Source: an uncultured candidate division Zixibacteria bacterium (GTDB taxonomy: Bacteria > Zixibacteria > MSB-5A5 > UBA10806 > 4484-95). Taken from it: a stretch of DNA of 64,000 nucleotides. Location of the stretch: contig CAXXKA010000001.1 of assembly GCA_963668625.2 (NCBI GenBank), forward strand, positions 1-64,000, given 5' to 3'. Both the position numbers and the translations under genes were made by a program. The notes beneath the pieces are model-generated. The model had not been told where the DNA came from, made no database searches, and saw nothing but the letters and a program-made list of their open reading frames with translations. The stretch's first letter is position 1; the number at the start of each line of letters is the position of its first letter. Below, in pieces: positions 50,329 through 60,089 of the stretch.

Positions 50329-53094
50329 ATGCCAGCTAAGAAAAAAAGACCAGCTAAAAAGGCTGCTACTAAAAAAGCGGCGAGAAAAAAAACTACCAAG
50401 AAAACTACTCAAACAAAATCGTATCGACATAATGATAAAGAATCATTGATCCGGCCAGAAATCGGTACTTTGACTCATTTTAAGAAGCTTAAAAAGCCTG
50501 TCACTTATCGGTATGATAAGTCGCTCGACCCGGAGATGTCTTGGGATATCAATGCAGATCGGGAATATGCTGAAGCCCTGATCGAGAAAATCCGCAAAGC
50601 AGAATCCATAGAGGAAGCTAAAAAAGCCGCCGAAGAATTAAAACGCATGTCTCAGCCGTTTCTAAATTGGGCTGGTAAAGCCGAAAAAAATCAATTTTCT
50701 GTGCCGACTTTGCCTTTATTTGTGCATGAGAGGCTTTCTACTCAAGCTATACTGGAAACCCTCAAGGGGCATAAAAGAAATCATCAGATAGAAATGCTGT
50801 TCTCCGATCCCCAACTTGATATGACAGACCGGATCACCAAAGCCTATGAGCATAAGGATAAATGGGTAAACCGGATGATTCTGGGGGATTCGCTATTAGT
50901 GATGAATTCCCTTTTGCAGTATGAGTCAATGGCTGGCAAAGTACAGATGATTTATATGGATCCCCCTTATGGCGTGAAATTTGGATCAAACTTTCAACCA
51001 TTCATCAGGAAAAAGGAAGTAAAGCATAATGAGGATAGGGATTTCACGCGTGAGCCAGAAATGGTTCAAGCCTATAGGGATACTTGGGAGCTTGGCCTTC
51101 ATAGTTATTTAACGTACATTCGGGATAGGATGCAAATTTGCAAAGAATTGCTTCATCCAAGCGGGTCAATCTTTGTACAGATTAGCGATGAAAATGTGCA
51201 TCATGTAAGAGAATTGATGGATGAAGTATTTGGAGCGGATAATTTTTGCGGTATTATTCAATTTGCCAAAACAAGCGGTCTTTTTAGCACATTGTTATAT
51301 CAAGTTTGCGATTATATTCTTTGGTATAGCCCTGATAAGAGTCGAGTTAAATATAATCAATTATATTCTGATAAAATAGCAGGTGAAATTGGGGCATCCA
51401 AATATTCACGAATTGAATTATCTGATGGAACTCGAAGAAGTTTGACTTCGGACGAGAAAGAAGGTTCCGTAGCAATACCGGAAGATGCAAGATTTTGGGT
51501 AGATGACAACTTAACAAGCCAAGGTAATCCTTTATTGGAGTTTGAATATAATGGCAAAATGTATAAAGGCACTTATAAGACGAATCCTGATGGAATGACT
51601 AAATTGGCAAAAGCGAATCGTCTATATGAAGCAAAAGGAACGTTAAGGTTTGTCCGATATCTTGATGATTTCCCTGTAGTTCCATTAAATACGGCTTGGA
51701 TGGATATAGGAGGAATACAAAGCAGATCAGCCCCCAAAATCTATGCCGTACAGACCAGCACGGTGGCCATTCAACGTTGTATGCTTATGACTACTAACCC
51801 TGGCGATCTTGTTCTTGACCCTACTTGCGGAAGCGGTACGACTGCCTATGTGGGGGAGCAATGGGGGCGTAGATGGATTACTATTGATACCAGCCGGGTG
51901 CCTTTAGCTTTAGTAAGGCAAAGGCTATTATCAGCAACATTCTCATATTATGAATTACTCGATGACAATTACGGTATCGGTGGCGGTTTCAAATATGAGC
52001 GAAAGCGGAATCAAAAAGGCGAAGAAGTTGGCGGAATCGTACCCCATGTTACATTAAAAAGCATCGCACAGAATGAATCTCTTAAAGAAGAAGTTATAGT
52101 TGATCGACCAAATATCACATCTGACATCACCAGAGTATCTGGGCCGTTTGTATTTGAAGCGACAATACCTACTCCTATTGAAATTGGTAAGGTTGACAAG
52201 CAATCTGAATACCCAGAGTCAGGTGAGATTGTCGATTACAAAACCAGAATGCTCGAAACATTGAAAAAAGTAGCGACTCTACGAATAGGCAATAATTCTA
52301 TCGTTTTCCGTTATATTAAATCTCCTGCTAAATCTCTGTCAATACATGCTGTAGCTGAACAGGTTGAAAAATCGCTGGAAGATTTAGGAGAAGATGCAGC
52401 AATACAAAAGTCTTTGTCTACCAAAGCTGGAAAGTCGGTAGCATTTGTCTTCGGTCCGGAAAACGGCGCGGTGACTGATAAGCTTGTTTATGAAGCTGCC
52501 CGTGAAGCTCATGGTCGTAACTTTAAGCATCTATATGTAATTGGTTTCGCAATACAAGATGCTGCTACAAAGCTGATATCGCAGGCGGAAACTATTCTTG
52601 ATATACCGGTATCATATGTTTCGGCTTCGATGGATTTACAAATGGGTGATCTTCTCAAAGACCAGCGTTCAAGCCAGATTTTTGCCGTAACAGGTATGCC
52701 TGATGTCCGTCTAACCAAACTGAAAATGAAAAGCGATGAAGGCGAAATATTGTATCAGGTTGAATTGTTAGGATTAGATACTTTTGACCCGATTACTATG
52801 GAAACACTTCATTTAAGCGGCGACGACGTCCCAGCCTGGTTTCTTGATTGCGATTATAATGAATTAGCATTTTGCGTGAATCAAGCATTTTTCCCTCGAA
52901 CAACGGCCTGGGATAATTTGAAGAAAAGCCTTAAGGGAGAATATGATGATTCTGTATGGGATCATCTTGCCGGAGCCATTAGCGAACCATTCCCTGCCGG
53001 TGAGGATAAAAAAATAGCGGTCAAAGTGATTGATGATCGGGGAAATGAGCTTATGATAGTCAAAGAACTAAAAGACGCGGCTAACGAGAAATGA
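50329..53094 (+). CDS. Type III-like R-M adenine DNA methyltransferase (Mod)
   Basis: IYMDPPYG (motif IV), DPTCGSGTT (motif I), C-terminal IAVKVIDDRGNE. Confidence 0.9.
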   Translation: MPAKKKRPAKKAATKKAARKKTTKKTTQTKSYRHNDKESLIRPEIGTLTHFKKLKKPVTYRYDKSLDPEMSWDINADREYAEALIEKIRKAESIEEAKKAAEELKRMSQPFLNWAGKAEKNQFSVPTLPLFVHERLSTQAILETLKGHKRNHQIEMLFSDPQLDMTDRITKAYEHKDKWVNRMILGDSLLVMNSLLQYESMAGKVQMIYMDPPYGVKFGSNFQPFIRKKEVKHNEDRDFTREPEMVQAYRDTWELGLHSYLTYIRDRMQICKELLHPSGSIFVQISDENVHHVRELMDEVFGADNFCGIIQFAKTSGLFSTLLYQVCDYILWYSPDKSRVKYNQLYSDKIAGEIGASKYSRIELSDGTRRSLTSDEKEGSVAIPEDARFWVDDNLTSQGNPLLEFEYNGKMYKGTYKTNPDGMTKLAKANRLYEAKGTLRFVRYLDDFPVVPLNTAWMDIGGIQSRSAPKIYAVQTSTVAIQRCMLMTTNPGDLVLDPTCGSGTTAYVGEQWGRRWITIDTSRVPLALVRQRLLSATFSYYELLDDNYGIGGGFKYERKRNQKGEEVGGIVPHVTLKSIAQNESLKEEVIVDRPNITSDITRVSGPFVFEATIPTPIEIGKVDKQSEYPESGEIVDYKTRMLETLKKVATLRIGNNSIVFRYIKSPAKSLSIHAVAEQVEKSLEDLGEDAAIQKSLSTKAGKSVAFVFGPENGAVTDKLVYEAAREAHGRNFKHLYVIGFAIQDAATKLISQAETILDIPVSYVSASMDLQMGDLLKDQRSSQIFAVTGMPDVRLTKLKMKSDEGEILYQVELLGLDTFDPITMETLHLSGDDVPAWFLDCDYNELAFCVNQAFFPRTTAWDNLKKSLKGEYDDSVWDHLAGAISEPFPAGEDKKIAVKVIDDRGNELMIVKELKDAANEK

Positions 53095-56054
53095 CTCAAT
53101 TTAATGAAGTAGATCAACCTATTATTTGCTCTCCCTTTGAGGTTCCCAAGTTTCACTGGTATATTGAGGAAGGCAAGCCTTGTCAGAAAATTGAGAGTAG
53201 GCGACCAGCTATTTATTACTATCGCCCACCCGGCAAAGGAACTGGTAGCGGTGAAGCGGCCGAAATTGGTGAAGCAATAGAGCTTAAGCTCGTTAATGAG
53301 ATTAGAGAACGGGTAAGGATATGGCGCGAAAACGGCTATCCCGGAATAGGCAGAGTTACCTTTGAGCTTTTGCAATATTGGAAAAGGGAAGGCCGTCAAA
53401 AGCAATTCTTTTTCTGCCAAATGGAAGCAGTTGAAACAATTATATTCCTTATCGAGGGCCGCTCAGATTTAAAGCAAGGGCTTGAAATACCTCAAGAAGA
53501 ATTGCCTGAGAATACTCGTTGGCCTGAAGGAAAGTCCGGGAACGAGTATAAAGGTTTTATTCGATATGCCTTAAAGATGGCTACCGGTACAGGCAAGACA
53601 ATGGTAATGGGATTGGTAGCCGCCTGGTCTATCCTCAATAAAGTAAACGATAAATCTGATAGTAGATTTTCGGATGTTGTGCTTGTGGTTTGTCCCAACA
53701 TAACGATACGCGGAAGGCTTGGCGAACTTGATCCCAATGCTGGGGAAGCCAGTATTTATCGTATATGGGACATTGTACCCCGGCATTTGATGGATAATCT
53801 TCGGAATGGAAAAGTAATCATCACTAATTGGCATGTCCTTGAGCCAAAGGATGGCAATCAAGTAGGGGGAACACCAGCAAAGGTAGTGAATCGGGGGCAA
53901 GAATCTGATTCGGCATTCGTTAGGCGTGTCTTAGGCAGATCAATAAGCAATAAGCAAAATATTATTGTTTTCAATGATGAAGCTCATCATGCATATAGAT
54001 TGATTCAGGAATACCCCGATGAGTGGGACGATATGTCCAGAGAAGAAAAAAACGAATGGGCTGAAACTAATAAAGAAGCAACGGTATGGATAAACGGCCT
54101 TGATAAAATTAATCGGGCCATGAATATCAATTTCTGCCTTGATCTTTCGGCAACGCCTTATTATCTAAATCGTACTGGCAATGAAGCTAATAGACCTTTC
54201 CCCTGGGTAATAACCGATTTCAGCCTTGTCGATGCTATAGAAAGTGGCCTCGTAAAAATCCCACAATTACCTGTACGCGATACGACCGGCGAAGATATTC
54301 CAGCATACTTTAATGTTTGGCGTTGGATTTTGCCAAAATTAACGCCAAAGGAAAAGGGCGGTAAAAAATCAATACCTAAGCCAGAAGCAATTCTTAAATG
54401 GGCGCATATGCCGATTGCCCAGCTTATGGGTTTATGGTTAGAAGTATATAGGGAATGGCAGAAGCAATCCGATGTACACGAAACTCCTCCAGTTTTTATA
54501 ATTGTTTGCCGTAATATTAAGCTTGCTCAAGTAATCTTTGACTGGATTGCAAATGATATCTGCCCTACTGGTATACCATCTCTTGGTATTAACGAGCTTC
54601 GCAATCAAGATGGACAGATAAATACAATCAGGGTTGATTCAAAAGTGGTTCAAGATACCGATCTGGAAGGGTCAAAAGACCTTGAAAATAAAAAGATGCG
54701 ATTTACTTTAGACACTATCGGCAAAACAGAATGGCCGAATAACCAAGTCCCCCAAGCTTGGAATGAAATAGCTGAAGCGTTAAATCTTTCAGTTACTATT
54801 CCACCTGGACGAGATATCCGTTGTGTCGTTAGCGTTTCAATGCTTACGGAAGGTTGGGACTGTAGGACTGTTACGCACATAGTTGGTCTTAGGCCGTTCA
54901 TGTCCCAGCTACTTTGTGAACAAGTAGTGGGCAGGGGATTACGTAGAACTGTTTATGATACGAATGAAAATGGTTTGCTTGCCGAAGAAATTTCTAAAAT
55001 TTATGGTGTACCTTTTGAGATAATACCTTACAAAACAAATCCTCAAGGGCCGGTTTCGTCACCACCCAAGATAAATCATATAAAAGCTATATCTCCCGAA
55101 AAAGACAAATTTGAGATCAAATTTCCGAGAATAGATGGTTATTCATTCGCTATAAAAAATCGCGTAAATGTCAAATGGGATGATATACCTTCACTTACCT
55201 TAGACCCTTCCAGAATACCACCTGAAGTCGAGCTAAAGGGTATTAATATTAATAACCAAGGCAAAATGTCCTTGACCGGACCTGGTAAAATCAATGAAGC
55301 CAGTTTGAAAGAATGGCGCGATAATACCCGCTTGCAAAAAGAGATTTTCGGGATGGCGAGATCGTTGACAAGAGATTATTGCAATATGCCAGGGTGCGAA
55401 GTCCCGGCACAATCGCTATTCCCCCAGATGTTAAATATCATTGATCGTTTTTTGAAAGAAAAGATTACTATACCGGAAGGGCAGGACGTTAAAGACGTAT
55501 TCCTTTCTCCGTATTATGGCTGGGCAGTAGAGATATTGACGCAGGCAATCCATCCCGATGCTGATAGCGGAGAGGTGCCGGAAATGCCGGTTTATGAAAA
55601 AAATAGACCTGCTGGTTCAACCTTTGATGTAGATATGTGGACAAGCAGGCCAGTACGTGAAATAATAAAATCCCATTTAAATTATGTTGTAGCTGATACC
55701 AAAAAATGGGAGCAATCAGTAGCATACTACCTTGATAGAAATAAAAGCGTAGAAGCTTTTGTAAAAAATTCAGGTTTAGGTTTTGCTATTCCATATGTAT
55801 ATAACGGCCAGCCACATGATTACATCCCCGACTTTTTAGTAAGTTTACGATACAAAGATGATTCTGCCGGTACTTTGGTTCTTGAAACCAAAGGATACGA
55901 TCCCTTAAAAGAAATAAAAGAACATGCTGCCAAACGCTGGGTTGATGCCGTCAATGCGGAAGGCAGTTATGGCAAGTGGCAATATGCAATAGTTACCGAT
56001 CCGGTAAAAACGAATGAAATTATACGTGGTTGTGTAGAGGGGTATATTAGCTGA
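53091..56054 (+). CDS. Type III-like restriction subunit (SF2 helicase + PD-(D/E)XK nuclease)
   Basis: KMATGTGKT, DEAHH, LSATP, MLTEGWD, QVVGRGLR, YIPDF...LETKG. Confidence 0.9.
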   Translation: MTQFNEVDQPIICSPFEVPKFHWYIEEGKPCQKIESRRPAIYYYRPPGKGTGSGEAAEIGEAIELKLVNEIRERVRIWRENGYPGIGRVTFELLQYWKREGRQKQFFFCQMEAVETIIFLIEGRSDLKQGLEIPQEELPENTRWPEGKSGNEYKGFIRYALKMATGTGKTMVMGLVAAWSILNKVNDKSDSRFSDVVLVVCPNITIRGRLGELDPNAGEASIYRIWDIVPRHLMDNLRNGKVIITNWHVLEPKDGNQVGGTPAKVVNRGQESDSAFVRRVLGRSISNKQNIIVFNDEAHHAYRLIQEYPDEWDDMSREEKNEWAETNKEATVWINGLDKINRAMNINFCLDLSATPYYLNRTGNEANRPFPWVITDFSLVDAIESGLVKIPQLPVRDTTGEDIPAYFNVWRWILPKLTPKEKGGKKSIPKPEAILKWAHMPIAQLMGLWLEVYREWQKQSDVHETPPVFIIVCRNIKLAQVIFDWIANDICPTGIPSLGINELRNQDGQINTIRVDSKVVQDTDLEGSKDLENKKMRFTLDTIGKTEWPNNQVPQAWNEIAEALNLSVTIPPGRDIRCVVSVSMLTEGWDCRTVTHIVGLRPFMSQLLCEQVVGRGLRRTVYDTNENGLLAEEISKIYGVPFEIIPYKTNPQGPVSSPPKINHIKAISPEKDKFEIKFPRIDGYSFAIKNRVNVKWDDIPSLTLDPSRIPPEVELKGININNQGKMSLTGPGKINEASLKEWRDNTRLQKEIFGMARSLTRDYCNMPGCEVPAQSLFPQMLNIIDRFLKEKITIPEGQDVKDVFLSPYYGWAVEILTQAIHPDADSGEVPEMPVYEKNRPAGSTFDVDMWTSRPVREIIKSHLNYVVADTKKWEQSVAYYLDRNKSVEAFVKNSGLGFAIPYVYNGQPHDYIPDFLVSLRYKDDSAGTLVLETKGYDPLKEIKEHAAKRWVDAVNAEGSYGKWQYAIVTDPVKTNEIIRGCVEGYIS

Positions 56055-56117
56055 TTTGGTAATCTGGAATAATAATACTTGATTTTTTGTGAGTTTAGTA
56101 TATAGAGAATTGATGAA

Positions 56118-56498
56118 ATGCAAGAAATCTATAGTAAATTTGGGAATCTTGCGCAAATGGCAGCTCAGCGATTACATGTTAAAAGCGCATTAAATCCAAT
56201 ATTGTGGCTATGCGGTATTGCATCCCCAGTTTGCTTTGTATTCGCATATCTTTTCTATGATGTAAAAAACATTTTATATTTATTAATTATCGCTGGAATA
56301 TCACCAATTGCTGTTGCTTGTATTGCTTACCTTGGATTCGCAATATTTAAACCTGATAAGCTGCAATCAGAGGATTATCAGATTAGATCAAAAACTCTCC
56401 AGTTAATTCAGCAGAAAGGTGGGAAAATTAAAATGCCGCCTACTCCATTAGAATTGATAGCTAATCCAAGTACTAAGAATAATGATATCAAAAGATAG
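56118..56498 (+). CDS. Two-TM membrane protein
   Basis: SALNPILW, two hydrophobic helices, PDKLQSEDYQI. Confidence 0.7.
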   Translation: MQEIYSKFGNLAQMAAQRLHVKSALNPILWLCGIASPVCFVFAYLFYDVKNILYLLIIAGISPIAVACIAYLGFAIFKPDKLQSEDYQIRSKTLQLIQQKGGKIKMPPTPLELIANPSTKNNDIKR

Positions 56499-56501
56499 AC
56501 G

Positions 56502-56936
56502 ATGATGAAACCATACTTATTAATATTCAGGGATTTAAATTATTCGGAAAATGATATAAAGCAATATCTTGACACATTAAGTGAGATATTAGATTGGTAC
56601 GCTTATTTTCAAAATTCTATATTTATTATATCAGAGTCCAATTCGGATATTCTTGCAGAAAAAATTTGTAAAAAGTTCAAGTCTTTAGATTTCCTCATAA
56701 CTGAAATACCAATGAACAACAACCAAGGAATGCTCACTAAAGATTTATGGCAATTTATAAACAACCCTGAGCAGCAAATAGAATTTAAAGCTAAGTTTAT
56801 AGAGAGTTCAAAGGATCGCTCTTTAACAGATGATTCAAAAACAGATAATGACATTGTAAATGATTTAAAATGGTTCGATATTAAAAGTACATTATCTGAA
56901 TTAATGAAGAAATTCAAAAATAAAGCAAATAAATAA
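56502..56936 (+). CDS. Hypothetical protein coupled to the 2TM gene
   Basis: Starts 3 nt after the previous stop; beta-alpha pattern, 'QGMLTKDLWQFIN'. Confidence 0.65.
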   Translation: MMKPYLLIFRDLNYSENDIKQYLDTLSEILDWYAYFQNSIFIISESNSDILAEKICKKFKSLDFLITEIPMNNNQGMLTKDLWQFINNPEQQIEFKAKFIESSKDRSLTDDSKTDNDIVNDLKWFDIKSTLSELMKKFKNKANK

Positions 56937-56966
56937 TCATTAGGAATAAAATGAATTAATATTTCA

Positions 56967-57770
56967 TTATTTTACTATTTTTGCTAAAAGTCTTCTCAGA
57001 AATTCAATTAATGTTTTGAAGGGACTGGTTTTTTGATTAGCCGGATGAGTATCTTTGTCTATTACGGTTGGTTTCTGAGCAATTGAAAAAGCACGGTCAT
57101 TCCAAATAGAAGTATAGTCATTAGCTCTTTCTTCCAAATTTTCAGGATTATTATATACTGCCTTATCTTCCTTCAGGCAGACATTGACAGATGAAGGATA
57201 GAGAATTTCATCATAAATTTTAGCCAAATCCTCAAGAGTTGGCTTGAATTCGACTATTGCGATTTTATTATCAGAATAATATTGGCGTGTATATTCTTCT
57301 ATTTCATGAGTTGCTATAATTTCAATAACAGCGTGAACGGTATCATCTTTTCTATATAGCGATAAATCAGGACGATATTGGCCAACATTCTTTTCTATTT
57401 CAACATTGGCTACTTTCTTTAAAAGATTACCTCTATGCGTATCAAGACATTGACTACAATTCCATTCAATTAATAATTCTGATTTTGTATCAGTTAATAG
57501 ATTTGCTTTAATTCGATTATATAACATTGTCTTATATGCATTATGAAGAGCAGATTCTAATGAACAATTAGTTATATCATGACCTGGTTTATGGGCAAAA
57601 TGATGAATCCTAATTTTCCCCATCTTGGGAATCATAGGTTTTCCACAGCCCCAGCAAAAATATTTAACTGAGCGTTTTGCTTCTGAGATAATTATTAATT
57701 CACCATGCTTATTTTTAGCAAAAGGATATAGTAAATTATCGTTTGTCTTTTCCCTATTTATTGAATTCAT
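56967..57770 (-). CDS. CoiA-like Zn-finger/PD-(D/E)XK nuclease
   Basis: YFCWGCG...HHFAH..C..ESALH; RPDL...IEIIATH. Confidence 0.75.
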   Translation of the reverse strand: MNSINREKTNDNLLYPFAKNKHGELIIISEAKRSVKYFCWGCGKPMIPKMGKIRIHHFAHKPGHDITNCSLESALHNAYKTMLYNRIKANLLTDTKSELLIEWNCSQCLDTHRGNLLKKVANVEIEKNVGQYRPDLSLYRKDDTVHAVIEIIATHEIEEYTRQYYSDNKIAIVEFKPTLEDLAKIYDEILYPSSVNVCLKEDKAVYNNPENLEERANDYTSIWNDRAFSIAQKPTVIDKDTHPANQKTSPFKTLIEFLRRLLAKIVK

Positions 57771-58384
57771 AAGATTACAAGGAATTTAGTACTACAAATA
57801 TCGCAAATCTATTAGACCTAAATATGCAGATGAAAGAAGTGAGAGTCAAGAAACTGTTGAACTTAGATTATTAAAGGCAAGTTATGTTTGCTTTATTTGT
57901 TCATATACAATATCAGTATGCCTCTATTGATTATTCGGGGTGTATGTCATCCTTTACATATTGAAAAATATCGTACGTAATCACACGCGGTTATATCTCA
58001 TCAAGGCGGCACCCCCCTGTTGGTCGTCCCAGGGGTAGGGGGTGGTGCTTTGATAGAAAACTTGAAAATTTTCATACGATCTTAACGCCTTATATCCTTA
58101 GTAATGACTTTGTAATTTCCCCATCCCCCAGGGCGGTAGTGCCGATTCTCAAATATAAATTATTTATTTGCCGGTTGTTTGATGTCATTTTACCTTAATC
58201 TTGACTTAGTATTCCCTTGTTTGAGCTTTATTTATTCTATGTTTATAGTCAATTTCTGTAAATATAATTGCTGTTAATCCGCTGATACTGAATCTCATTG
58301 CCATATTAACTCAATGCAATTAAACATGTTGTAAAATAATTCAAAAAAATACTTGCTTTTATTAAATAATATCCGATATTGAAA

Positions 58385-58408
58385 GTGTAAGACGTGTAAG
58401 AAGTGTAA
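58385..58408 (+). promoter_or_regulatory. Three GTGTAA direct repeats (9-bp period), putative operator
   Basis: GTGTAA at 58385, 58394 and 58403, just after a TTGCTT promoter-like sequence. Confidence 0.5.
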
Positions 58409-58442
58409 TACTTAAACACAACCTCTAAACAAGGAGAATGAA

Positions 58443-58772
58443 ATGAGGACACCAGAACAAAAACAACAATGGTTTGAAAACCGCAAGCAAGATACCAAAA
58501 CGGTATTAAACCGCTTGCCCGATGATGTTAGATCTTATGCCTATGTAGTGGGCGTTTGGGTATGGATTGAATTTGTTGAAAAGCCAGACCGTATGATATT
58601 AGATGCTATTAAGGATATTGGCTTTTCATGGAATAACAAGCGCAAGGTCTGGCAACATCCTTGCGGGTACTTTCGCCCAGGTTCAACCGATGATCCGAGG
58701 GCAAGGTATGGAGCTATTCCGCTTGATAACATTAAACTTGATGAAAACAAGCAACAAATTAACGCCAATTAA
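58443..58772 (+). CDS. Hypothetical protein
   Basis: AAGGAG RBS; W-rich 'VGVWVWI...GFSWNNKRKVWQH'. Confidence 0.75.
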   Translation: MRTPEQKQQWFENRKQDTKTVLNRLPDDVRSYAYVVGVWVWIEFVEKPDRMILDAIKDIGFSWNNKRKVWQHPCGYFRPGSTDDPRARYGAIPLDNIKLDENKQQINAN

Positions 58773-58782
58773 GGAGTAAACA

Positions 58783-59427
58783 ATGTGCAAATTAGCTGAA
58801 AAATACCGGCCAAGGTCATTAAATGAGATTATCGGCCAGGATAAAGTTACTCAAAATATCGACCGGTTAAATCATTCGACCGGTCTGGGCGGACGTGCTT
58901 ATTGGATAACCGGACAAAGCGGAACCGGCAAAAGCTCTATTGCTTTGATTATTGCCGATATTGTAGCAGGCTCAAAGTTTACTACAATCGAAACAACCGG
59001 CAGAGAATTAACAATCAATTTCATCAAGGATTTAGCCTTAAGATGGCGTTCTAAGCCACTGTATGGAACCGGCCATGCTTTGATTGTAAACGAATCTCAT
59101 GGCTTATCTAAGCCGGTTATTGAGAAGTTTTTAGACGTGCTTGAAAACTTGCCCGATTATGTAGTTATCGTTTTTACAACTACTAATGATGGCAATGATC
59201 TATTTGAGGAGCAGTTAGATAGTTCCCCGTTTGCCAGTAGATGCCTATCGATCAGCTTAACAAGCAGGGGATTATGCGAACCGTTTGCCAATAGAGCTAA
59301 ACAGATTGCCGAAATTGAGGGCTTAGATGGCAAGCCTATTGATGCCTATATCAAACTGGCTAAAACGTGCCGTAACAACCTTAGACAAATGTTATCGCAA
59401 ATTGAAATTGGCTATATGCTGGGATAA
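58783..59427 (+). CDS. Clamp-loader-clade AAA+ ATPase (short)
   Basis: [36 protein letters not shown]. Confidence 0.82.
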   Translation: MCKLAEKYRPRSLNEIIGQDKVTQNIDRLNHSTGLGGRAYWITGQSGTGKSSIALIIADIVAGSKFTTIETTGRELTINFIKDLALRWRSKPLYGTGHALIVNESHGLSKPVIEKFLDVLENLPDYVVIVFTTTNDGNDLFEEQLDSSPFASRCLSISLTSRGLCEPFANRAKQIAEIEGLDGKPIDAYIKLAKTCRNNLRQMLSQIEIGYMLG

Positions 59428-59440
59428 GCAAGAGGTAAAC

Positions 59441-59845
59441 ATGGCAGAATTAAACAATAAAAACATATTTGAGGATACTGAGATAATCAGTAGTTACTCA
59501 AGATCACAAGCTATTGAGGATGGTATCTTAATCGATATATCTGAGTTAGCTAAACAAGCTGGCTTTAAATTCCCTGTAGCGGTTACTTGCGGTTTATGGT
59601 CTGAGGTTTTGGAACCTGATAAAACCAGTAAAGCCATCGGCCAGGATATAACCGGTAGAATCTGGGATACTCTTATCATTTTGCGCTTAGCAATCAGACA
59701 TACGGACAATACCGATTTAATCTATTTCAATCCCCTATACGTATTTAACGGCAAAAAGCCAATTGCCCGTAAACTTAAAGCGGTTTGTTCCCCTGGGGAT
59801 GATTTAGAACCGGTTATTACAATCATGCTACCGAATGAGGATTAA
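59441..59845 (+). CDS. DUF6573-like protein
   Basis: IISSYSRSQAIEDG.LID...AGFKFPVAVT...GRIWD...PGDD.EPVITIMLPNED; GAGG RBS. Confidence 0.7.
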   Translation: MAELNNKNIFEDTEIISSYSRSQAIEDGILIDISELAKQAGFKFPVAVTCGLWSEVLEPDKTSKAIGQDITGRIWDTLIILRLAIRHTDNTDLIYFNPLYVFNGKKPIARKLKAVCSPGDDLEPVITIMLPNED

Positions 59846-59878
59846 GTTAATCCTGATTGAATTGATCTTTTAAAACCG

Positions 59879-60041
59879 AATAATAAGCAGAGGGATAGGT
59901 AATAATAACGATTATCAAACTACAACTATAATGCCTATGTCAAATATGACTTTGCCAATAATAAAAAGCGGGATGCCGGTTGTGGCCAGCACCCCTTGCA
60001 AAAAGTCACCGGTCTAATGGCAAACCCTCTGCTTGATTATT
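59879..60041 (-). ncRNA. Putative multi-stem structured RNA
   Basis: Closing AAGCAGAGGG/CCCTCTGCTT stem plus internal stems whose mismatches are G-U on the minus strand. Confidence 0.45.
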
Positions 60042-60089
60042 CATAACAACCTATCGGCTAAAAAGCAATAGGTTTCGGAGCTAAATAGA

